DNA of 64,000 bases from Nitrincola sp. (GCF_048264025.1 NZ_JBLXDN010000004.1:30026-94025); one strand, 5' to 3'. Positions 33,291 to 40,967 are shown, counted from the first letter of the stretch. Program-made: numbers and translations. The notes: generated by a model not told the origin, from the sequence alone.

Positions 33291-35082
33291 TATTGCTGTG
33301 ACAGAATCATCCAACGACTGGCTCGGACAGCTACAACAGGCGTCTGAGCCAGATTTTTTTGTACGTTGGCTGGCGTTGTTACAGCAGGAGTTGCCAGGTC
33401 TTGAAGAGGCCGTATTGGTATTGGGACCAGCTGATCAGGGGCCTTTCAAGCCCATTGTGACACATCCACAGAACACCCCCTGTTCATCGGTGTTGATGCG
33501 CTTGTGCGAACAGGTTATGCAACTACGCCGTCCGTTGAGTCAGCGTAATGAGTCTGTGACCCACTGGGTAGTGCCTATTCAACAGGGTGGTGCACTACTG
33601 GGGGTATTGGGTCTGACGGCTAAGAGTCTCTCGACACAGCAACGCCAATGGCTGCAGTGGGGCCTGGGGTGGATACTGACCCGTACCGAGACTTATCAGC
33701 AGGCTGGAGACAGTGAGCTGAGTGAACGTCTGATGGTGCTGCTGGATCTGTTGATGTCCTCTGTTGGAGGGCAGTCATTGCAGGATGCTTGTCAGGCTGT
33801 TTTGTCTCAGGCTGCTGTGAATCTGGGTTGTGATCGAATAGCGCTGGGCTTTGCTACCGGGCAGAGTGTTCGCATGGTAACCCTCTCCAACAGTGCTGAA
33901 TTCACCCGCAGAATCGATCTGGTGCAGTGTATTGAAGGTGCCATGAACGAGGCCGTGGACCAGGGGCATAGTCTATGCTGGCCGCAGCAACAGACCAGTC
34001 TCGATACCTTCAGAGCACATCAGGCGTTAATTCGTGAGCAGGGTAATCACACGGTATTGACGGTACCCTTCATGACGGATGTCGAAAATTACGGCGCCAT
34101 CTGTTTCGAGTGGGCTGAAGCGCCTGATGAACAGCAGCCAGAGTTAGCTGAATCCATTGCCAGTGTTGTTGGCCGCGTGCTGTTGGAAAAGCGTCAGTCA
34201 GAACTGTCTTTGCTCAGTTATCTGGGCCGGCGCGTGAAACATGTCTGCAAGCGTCTGGTCGGGCCTCGCTACCTGGGCACCAAGCTGCTGGTGTTGTTAG
34301 TGACCGTGAGCGTGATATTTTTTACCTTGGCTGAAGGCACTTTCCGCTTAGCATCAGATGCTCGCCTTGAAGGGGCATCGAACCGCACTCTTTCGGCTCC
34401 CTTTGACAGCTATGTTATGGTTGCCCATTACCGTGCGGGTCAGACCGTGGAAGAAGGCGAGGTGCTGGCCGAGCTGGATGACAGTGATCTGCGCCTTGAG
34501 CAACTTCGCTGGCAGAGCCAGTTAGCACAGTTTGAACGTCAAATGCGCCAGTCCCAGGCGCAACGCGATACGGCTCAGGCAAGGGTTGCTGCCGCACAGA
34601 CCGAGCAGGCCGAAGCTCAACTGGCACTGACCAACTCATTGCTCAGCCGCACGCAGATTCGCGCACCCTTTACGGCGCTGATTACGCGAGGTGATCTATC
34701 CCAAGACTTGGGCCTGCCGGTTACCAAAGGGCAAGTGCTGTTTGAGCTGGCGCCACTGGATGAATATCGTTTAGTCCTGGATCTGGCAGAAACTGATATG
34801 GCACATATTCGTGAAGGGCAGCAAGGCCAGTTGGTTCTGAAAGCCTTTCCAGAGGCCAGAATCGATTTCGAGGTGATTAGCGTAACGCCCGTGGCCGAAG
34901 CTCGTGATGGCAAGAACCTGTTTCGCGTTGAAGCTGAAATCGCTCAGCTGTTACCCGCTATGCGTCCTGGTATGGAAGGTGTGGCAAAAGTGGAGGTCAG
35001 TCAGCAGCGTTTGATCTGGATATGGACACGTACACTGGTAGACTGGGCACGTCTGCAATGGTGGAAGTGGTTGGGGCGCTAA
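33259..35082 (+). CDS. Tandem GAF-like cytoplasmic domains, 1 TM, then a periplasmic HlyD-family adaptor
   Basis: The ATG at 33259 overlaps the upstream gene by 32 nt; an in-frame GTG at 33298 is the alternative start. GAF-like blocks (ACQAVLSQAAVNLGCDRIALGF ... VLTVPFMTDVENYGAICFEW). TM LLVLLVTVSVIFFTLA. HlyD features: lipoyl-like hairpin VAHYRAGQTVEEGEVLAELDD, a coiled coil, and TQIRAPFTALITR. Confidence 0.8.
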   Translation: MKPDSVKSNSDIAVTESSNDWLGQLQQASEPDFFVRWLALLQQELPGLEEAVLVLGPADQGPFKPIVTHPQNTPCSSVLMRLCEQVMQLRRPLSQRNESVTHWVVPIQQGGALLGVLGLTAKSLSTQQRQWLQWGLGWILTRTETYQQAGDSELSERLMVLLDLLMSSVGGQSLQDACQAVLSQAAVNLGCDRIALGFATGQSVRMVTLSNSAEFTRRIDLVQCIEGAMNEAVDQGHSLCWPQQQTSLDTFRAHQALIREQGNHTVLTVPFMTDVENYGAICFEWAEAPDEQQPELAESIASVVGRVLLEKRQSELSLLSYLGRRVKHVCKRLVGPRYLGTKLLVLLVTVSVIFFTLAEGTFRLASDARLEGASNRTLSAPFDSYVMVAHYRAGQTVEEGEVLAELDDSDLRLEQLRWQSQLAQFERQMRQSQAQRDTAQARVAAAQTEQAEAQLALTNSLLSRTQIRAPFTALITRGDLSQDLGLPVTKGQVLFELAPLDEYRLVLDLAETDMAHIREGQQGQLVLKAFPEARIDFEVISVTPVAEARDGKNLFRVEAEIAQLLPAMRPGMEGVAKVEVSQQRLIWIWTRTLVDWARLQWWKWLGR

Positions 35083-37238
35083 TGTCTTCTCTTTTTTCAG
35101 CGTCCTGGTATCGCTTGGCAGATCTGGTCCCTCGGCTACGTACACAAACCCGGATTTTTCGGCATGTCTATCGTGGTCAGCGCTGGCATGTCATTCAGGA
35201 TTTAGCCAGTGGCAAATTCTTGCGTCTGAACCCCACAGCTTACAGTATCCTCTCGCTGGTGGATGGACAGTCTACGCTTGATCAAATCTGGAAACAGGCG
35301 GTTGAGCAGTTGCAGGATGATGCGCCGAGTCAGGATGAGGTGCTGCAGTTGATGACGCAGTTAAACCAGATCGGTGTACTGACCAGCAATCGAACTCCCG
35401 ATATTGAAGAGCTTAGCGAACGCTCTATCAAAGCACGACGCAATCGTGTTAAACAATATATTGCCAACCCATTGGCGCTAAGGGTGCCATTGATTGATCC
35501 GGATCGTTTTTTGCAGCACTTAGTGGGTCATATTCCAGTCTGGGCACGACCGCTGCTGCTGACTATCTGGTTAGTCACTGTGGTGTTCGGTATCAGTCTT
35601 GCGGCACTTCACTGGCCCGAACTGACCGGTGATCTGACACGACTGGTATTTACCCCGGAGTATATTTTTACGCTGATCCTGGTGTTTCCACTGATCAAAG
35701 CGATCCATGAATTGGGACATGGTATTGCGATCAAACTGTTTGGTGGCCAGTGTCATGAAATGGGGTTGATGTTTCTGGTGATGGTCCCGATTCCCTACGT
35801 TGATGCCAGTCATGCCATAGCATTTAAGAGCAAATACCAGCGTATGCTGGTGGGCGCTGCCGGGATGATGATTGAGCTATTTGTTGCCAGTCTCGCACTG
35901 TGGCTCTGGACCTGGACACAGCCGGGACTGCTGAGGGTCTTTCTACACGATATTGTGATCCTCGCGGGTGTGGTAACGCTGTTATTCAACTTGAACCCTT
36001 TATTAAGATTCGATGGTTACTACATTTTCAGTGACTGGCTGGAAATTCCCAATCTGGGGAATAAAGCGAATCAGTATTTTGGCTATTTACTGAAACGTTA
36101 CTTGTTGCGTATTGACCGAGGCTTACAGCCGCCACGTCTAACGGCTGGAGAACCGGCTTGGTTGATTAGCTTTGCACTGTTGTCTTTTGTATATCGGATG
36201 TTCATTGTCGGGATGATTCTGCTGTTTGTCGCCTCCCAGTTTTTTGTCATCGGGGTGCTGCTGGCGGCCTATGCGTTCTTTTTGATGATTTTGATGCCGT
36301 TGAGTCGTACCCTCAAGACAGCCTTTAGCGATCCATTAATCAGTGAAAAGCGTCCTCGTCTGTACCTGGTCAGTTTCACGGCTGTTAGTCTGCTGGTAGG
36401 GTTGGTCGGGGTGCTGCCCTTGCCATCAGCGACCTTTGTAGAGGGGGTGGTGTGGATGCCGGAGCAGTCACAGGTACGCGCACGGACCGACTGTTTTGGT
36501 CAGCAGGTACTACACAACCCCGGGGTCGTGAAAGCCGATGAGCCCCTGCTATACTGTGATGAGCCTGTATTGCCAGCCGAGCTGCAGGAAACGCAGGCAC
36601 GTTTGGCTGAGCTGGATGCGGAGTTGCTGCTGGCGAGAGGGACAGACAGAGTCCTGGCACAAAATCTTCTGGAAGAGCGCCAGCATGTTGAGCAGCGTGT
36701 TGCTACGCTTGAACAGCGTATTGATGCCTTCGAAATTCGCAGTCCACATGCGGGTGAATTTGTGATGTCATCGCCTGATGACTTTATGGGTCGCTGGTAT
36801 CATCGTGGCGATATTATTGGCTATCTGCTGGATCCTAGCCACTTCACTTTACTTGTTGCTGTTGATCAGGCCGATGTTGACCGTATTCGCAGTGACAGTG
36901 TCAGTATTGCTATGCGTTCTGCCGACTCAGTACATCAGTCACACCCACTTCGAATATTGCGAGCTGTGCCAGCAGCCACGCGTGATCTGCCAAGCCTGGC
37001 GTTGTCATTGCAAGGGGGAGGGCGTATTGGCTTAAGCCCTGACGGAGCGCCGGGAAGTCGGCCTCAGGCACTCAATCCGGTATTTCTGTTCGAACTGGAA
37101 CTGCTGCAGCCCGAAAACTTTGCGGTACAGGCTTTGGGTGGACGTGTCTATGTTCGCTTTGCGCATACCGATGAGTCAGCGGCACGGCAGATATACCGTC
37201 ACCTGCGTGAACTCTTTATTCGTCGTTTTGGAATCTGA
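35082..37238 (+). CDS. PqqD/RRE-like domain, polytopic M50 (site-2-protease-type) metallopeptidase and C-terminal HlyD-like domain, fused
   Basis: Start at the ATG of TAATG (35080-35084), overlapping the upstream stop. N-terminal FLRLNPTAYSILSLVDGQSTLDQIWKQAVEQL...VLQLMTQLNQIGVL is PqqD-like. HELGH at 35706-35720; NPLLRFDG at 35994-36017. Several TM helices. The C-terminal coiled coil plus FEIRSPHAGEF is HlyD-like. Confidence 0.8.
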   Translation: MSSLFSASWYRLADLVPRLRTQTRIFRHVYRGQRWHVIQDLASGKFLRLNPTAYSILSLVDGQSTLDQIWKQAVEQLQDDAPSQDEVLQLMTQLNQIGVLTSNRTPDIEELSERSIKARRNRVKQYIANPLALRVPLIDPDRFLQHLVGHIPVWARPLLLTIWLVTVVFGISLAALHWPELTGDLTRLVFTPEYIFTLILVFPLIKAIHELGHGIAIKLFGGQCHEMGLMFLVMVPIPYVDASHAIAFKSKYQRMLVGAAGMMIELFVASLALWLWTWTQPGLLRVFLHDIVILAGVVTLLFNLNPLLRFDGYYIFSDWLEIPNLGNKANQYFGYLLKRYLLRIDRGLQPPRLTAGEPAWLISFALLSFVYRMFIVGMILLFVASQFFVIGVLLAAYAFFLMILMPLSRTLKTAFSDPLISEKRPRLYLVSFTAVSLLVGLVGVLPLPSATFVEGVVWMPEQSQVRARTDCFGQQVLHNPGVVKADEPLLYCDEPVLPAELQETQARLAELDAELLLARGTDRVLAQNLLEERQHVEQRVATLEQRIDAFEIRSPHAGEFVMSSPDDFMGRWYHRGDIIGYLLDPSHFTLLVAVDQADVDRIRSDSVSIAMRSADSVHQSHPLRILRAVPAATRDLPSLALSLQGGGRIGLSPDGAPGSRPQALNPVFLFELELLQPENFAVQALGGRVYVRFAHTDESAARQIYRHLRELFIRRFGI

Positions 37239-37241
37239 TCC

Positions 37242-39221
37242 ATGTATGCATTGCAAACACGCACTGTTCAGTATCCGCAACGTACAGATTGGCATGAAGA
37301 TCCCTTGTTAGTGCGATTCTGGGACCGCGGTGCGACGTTGTTTCGTCGGCTGATTCTGATGAATGAAGCGCGACAAAAGGCATTCGTACGGGCGGTGTCA
37401 AAGTGTGAAATGGAACTGCAGGGGGCAACGTCTGAAGTGTTACAGCAGGCTTTATGTGATGTGCGCCTGCATTTGCGTCGGGAGGGTCTACAGCAGCGGC
37501 ATTTGGCACAGGCTTTTGCACTGGTGCGTGTGGCATCGCAACAGACGCTAGGGTTACGCCATCATGATGTACAGATTCGTGGCGGCCATGCCTTAGTGCA
37601 GGGTTTTCTGATCGAAATGAATACCGGCGAAGGTAAAACACTGACGGCTACCCTGGCCGCTGCTGTGGCGGCACTGTCAGGTCGACAAGTTCAGGTGGTG
37701 ACGGTCAATGATTATCTGGCTCAACGGGATGCTACTGAAATGCAGCCTCTCTATGAATGGTTGGGGCTACGCATCGCCTGGGTGCTTGAACAGGCCGGAC
37801 CGGCTGAACGACGCCAGGCCTATCAGGCTGATATTGTGTACTGCACCGGAAAAACGCTGACCTTTGACTACCTCAAGGACCGTATCGCTCTGGATGATCG
37901 TGTATCGCCTTTAAAAATGTTACTGGATGCCTACACCGGTCGCTGGCAACAACAGGTGCTCTTGCCAGGATTGCAGTTTGCCATAGTGGATGAAGTGGAC
38001 AGCATTCTGATCGATGAAGCACGCACACCGCTGATTATTTCATCCTCTGGCGGCTCAGCAGAAGAAGACGCTTTTTATGTCAGCGCGATTGAATTCGCCC
38101 AGCAACTGCGACAGGCAGAACATTTTCAATTCAGCGAAAACCGTCAGTTGATTGACCTGACACTGGCTGGACGTCATCTGCTGGAGCAACTGACTGCTGA
38201 AGCGGAAGGGCTGTGGTGTAACCGTTTTCGGCGAGAAGAAGCGATATTGCAAGCACTCAGTGCATTGCATCGCTTTCAACGGGATATTCATTATATTGTT
38301 CGCGACGACAAGGTGCTGATTGTTGATGAACATACTGGGCGGATCATGCCAGATCGTTCCTGGGAGAAAGGTATGCAGCAGCTGATTGAGGTCAAGGAGA
38401 GTGTTTCCTTGACACCGCCTCGTGTCACTCTGGCAAAAATCAGTTTTCAGCTGTTCTTTCGTCGCTTTCTGCAACTTTCCGGAATGTCGGGCACCTGTCG
38501 TGAAATTGCCGGGGAGATCAGTCGGGTGTACAACCTGCGGATGATCCGTATCCCGCCGCATAAACCCAGCCAACGTGTACAACATGCCAATCAGTTATTC
38601 GCCGATGTAGAGCAAAAATGGCTGGCAGTTGAAGCCTGTATTATTGAGTGCCAGCAACGCGGGCAGCCGGTGCTGGTTGGGACCCGTTCGATTTTAGCCG
38701 CAGATACCTTATCATCGCGCCTGCAGTCCCGTGGCGTTGAGCACCAATTATTACATGCCCGCCAGGATGAAACTGAGGCAGAAATTGTTGCACAGGCAGG
38801 GCAGCGCGGGCGCGTCACCATCGCTACGAATATGGCTGGACGAGGAACCGATATCAAACTGCAAGCGGGTGTAGCTGAACTGGGTGGTTTGCATGTACTG
38901 ATCACTGAGTTGCATGATAATCAGCGTATCGATCGGCAATTAATTGGCCGTTGTGCTCGACAGGGCGAACCCGGTAGTTGGCAGGAAATATTGTCACTTG
39001 AGGATGAGCTGGTGGCCAACTGGTTACCTGTATTAAATCGTCTACTGAGCCTGTTGTTGCGCTCTGCTCCTGAAAATCGAGCAATTCAATGGATGGCCCG
39101 CCGCTATTACCGATCCGCACAGTGGATGCTGGAGCGCTTACACCGGCGTATTCGTGCCAAACTGCTTAAGGCCGAATTCAATTTGCGCCGGTCACTTTCT
39201 TTTACCGGTAAGATGGAGTAA
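37242..39221 (+). CDS. Truncated SecA-like ATPase (659 aa; NBD1, reduced preprotein-binding region, NBD2; no C-terminal scaffold/wing/linker)
   Basis: Collinear with E. coli SecA. LGLRHHDVQIRGGHALVQGFLIEMNTGEGKTLTATLAAAVAAL (GEGKT at 37626-37640), VVTVNDYLAQRD, FAIVDEVDSILIDEARTPLIIS (DEVD at 37989-38000), YIVRDDKVLIVDEHTGR, GMSGT, PVLVGT, TIATNMAGRGTDIKL, GGLHVLITELHDNQRIDRQLIGRCARQGEPGS. The protein ends about 75 aa after the last motif. Confidence 0.9.
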   Translation: MYALQTRTVQYPQRTDWHEDPLLVRFWDRGATLFRRLILMNEARQKAFVRAVSKCEMELQGATSEVLQQALCDVRLHLRREGLQQRHLAQAFALVRVASQQTLGLRHHDVQIRGGHALVQGFLIEMNTGEGKTLTATLAAAVAALSGRQVQVVTVNDYLAQRDATEMQPLYEWLGLRIAWVLEQAGPAERRQAYQADIVYCTGKTLTFDYLKDRIALDDRVSPLKMLLDAYTGRWQQQVLLPGLQFAIVDEVDSILIDEARTPLIISSSGGSAEEDAFYVSAIEFAQQLRQAEHFQFSENRQLIDLTLAGRHLLEQLTAEAEGLWCNRFRREEAILQALSALHRFQRDIHYIVRDDKVLIVDEHTGRIMPDRSWEKGMQQLIEVKESVSLTPPRVTLAKISFQLFFRRFLQLSGMSGTCREIAGEISRVYNLRMIRIPPHKPSQRVQHANQLFADVEQKWLAVEACIIECQQRGQPVLVGTRSILAADTLSSRLQSRGVEHQLLHARQDETEAEIVAQAGQRGRVTIATNMAGRGTDIKLQAGVAELGGLHVLITELHDNQRIDRQLIGRCARQGEPGSWQEILSLEDELVANWLPVLNRLLSLLLRSAPENRAIQWMARRYYRSAQWMLERLHRRIRAKLLKAEFNLRRSLSFTGKME

Positions 39222-39224
39222 ATC

Positions 39225-39950
39225 ATGCGTTGGATGAAACAACAGATAGCTGCCGGGTTTTGCGTACTTGCCGTTGCTGTACCTATTCAGGCAACTGAGC
39301 TGTCAGTGCTGAGTTGTTTGCTGGAACCTTCACTGGATGCCGAGTTAGGTGTGCCTGTTGAGGGTGTGCTGGCTAAGGTTCATGCTGAGCGTTCGGTAAG
39401 GGTAGAGCAGGGTGCCGTATTGGCAGAGCTGGACCTCTCGGTAGAGCAAGCGATAATTAGCATGCAGCGTGCTCGCGAAAATTATGCCAGTCGGCGTCTG
39501 GAGCGCATTCAGGAGTTGCAATCAGGCAACCTGATACCCGCTCAGGAAGTGGATGACATCCGCACTGAGCAGCAACTGGCCCGCCTTGAGCTGGCTGTCC
39601 AGCAGGAACAATTGGAACTGCGCCGAGTGGTTAGTCCATTTTCCGGTATCATTGTGGAACGCTATGCTGATGTCGGTGACTTGATACAAAAAAGTCATAT
39701 TTTTCGATTAGTGCAGTTGGACCCGCTTTATGTTGAGGTGGTGATGACACTGGATCAATTTGGTCGGGTCGTTCCCGGCGACAGGTATCAGGTACATTTG
39801 CAACATCTAGAGACACAGCATGATGCTGAAGTGATTGCTGTTGATCCGATTATAGATGCCGGAAGTGGTACCTTTCGCGTGCGTCTGTCATTACCCAATC
39901 CGGATTCGCATATCCCGGCAGGTTTGAGTTGTAGTATTAACCCACTTTAA
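39225..39950 (+). CDS. Small (241 aa) periplasmic HlyD/MFP-type adaptor with signal peptide
   Basis: ATG lies 3 nt after the SecA-like stop. Signal peptide AAGFCVLAVAVPIQA. Lipoyl-like VEGVLAKVHAERSVRVEQGAVLAELD; short coiled coil; RRVVSPFSGIIVERYADVGD; beta-barrel-like FRVRLSLPNPD. Confidence 0.75.
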   Translation: MRWMKQQIAAGFCVLAVAVPIQATELSVLSCLLEPSLDAELGVPVEGVLAKVHAERSVRVEQGAVLAELDLSVEQAIISMQRARENYASRRLERIQELQSGNLIPAQEVDDIRTEQQLARLELAVQQEQLELRRVVSPFSGIIVERYADVGDLIQKSHIFRLVQLDPLYVEVVMTLDQFGRVVPGDRYQVHLQHLETQHDAEVIAVDPIIDAGSGTFRVRLSLPNPDSHIPAGLSCSINPL

Positions 39951-40008
39951 CTTTACGGATTGCGCATAAGGCTCTATCCGACATGAATAACTGATCAGAG
40001 ATTTAAGT

Positions 40009-40752
40009 ATGTATAAGAAACTGGTTCCACTGAACAAAGAACATCATCAACAATTGCGTATCCAGCCGATCAATGGCTTTCAGTTTGCAGCTGGTGTGCA
40101 CGTTGCCGCCGTTATGCTGCATGAGTTTGCCCGCGCCTCCGCGATTTACCCGATAGTGTTTCTTGAAGATCAGGCTCAGGATAAATTCTATCCCGTTGCT
40201 CTATTAGGTCTGGAGCAGAATGAGAATCTGTTTGTGACCGATGAAGGACGTTGGCAAGCCTCCTACATTCCCGCTGTAATTCGGCGTTATCCATTTGCAT
40301 TGGCTCGTTCGGGTGAAGACGAAGTGTTTACCGTCTGTATTGACGAAGACGCCGAATTGGTTAGTACCCAGGAAGGTAATCCGTTGTTCTCTGATACCGG
40401 TGAACCTGCTGAGGTGATTGAACAGGTCAAACGCTATTTGGGTGAGTTACAGCAAATGGAAGTGATCACTGAAGCATTTTGTCGGTTTCTGCAAAGCCAC
40501 AATCTGTTTACACCGCTAAATATGCAGGTTCGTGTGGGTAATAAAGTACAAAATGTGACCGGGTGCTATGTTGTGAATGAGCAGCGTTTTGCCAATCTTT
40601 CTGACGAGCTTTTTCTACAGATTCGTCATCAGCACTATCTGGCACCCATCTATGCACACCTGACTTCACTGTCGCGTACTGAAAATCTGGCGCTACTTAA
40701 GCAGGGTATTACATCGGTTAGTCAACCCTCGGATGACGACCAGGTTCATTAA
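40009..40752 (+). CDS. SapC-family protein
   Basis: HEFARASAIYPIVFLEDQAQDKFYPVALLGLEQNENLFVTDEGRWQASYIPAVIRRYPFAL is the characteristic SapC-family core. Confidence 0.85.
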   Translation: MYKKLVPLNKEHHQQLRIQPINGFQFAAGVHVAAVMLHEFARASAIYPIVFLEDQAQDKFYPVALLGLEQNENLFVTDEGRWQASYIPAVIRRYPFALARSGEDEVFTVCIDEDAELVSTQEGNPLFSDTGEPAEVIEQVKRYLGELQQMEVITEAFCRFLQSHNLFTPLNMQVRVGNKVQNVTGCYVVNEQRFANLSDELFLQIRHQHYLAPIYAHLTSLSRTENLALLKQGITSVSQPSDDDQVH

Positions 40753-40967
40753 TGATTCAAAATCAACAGGGAATATTCATTTTTTGTTCAGGACATATAG
40801 CCGTATCGACACTAGACTGGTTTATAAACAGCGTATCCCCTTCAAAGACTCGCGTGCAACAGGAGATGGGGCCTGAACGAACAAGGATGTTCGTGACAGG
40901 TTCTGGCAGAAAGTCTTAATTTCTGTCACTATAAATTTCTCTATTAATACCAATACGGCGAGTTAAG

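Noticed and set aside
35022-35081. Longer N-terminus (MDTYTGRLG...) for the M50 fusion, and similarly the long forms of 63326-63796, 51515-51952 and 32919-33290
   Set aside because: The extended forms overlap the preceding or neighbouring gene substantially. The internal ATGs give classic stop/start coupling (TAATG at 35080-35084) or a proper RBS, and the conserved domains begin after them.
40753-40967. The 215-nt intergenic region after the SapC gene, as a tRNA, riboswitch, sRNA or terminator
   Set aside because: No tRNA-like T-arm or anticodon structure. Only short (5-6 bp) stems, such as CGAAC...GTTCG, with no U-tract. Nothing I can support by eye.
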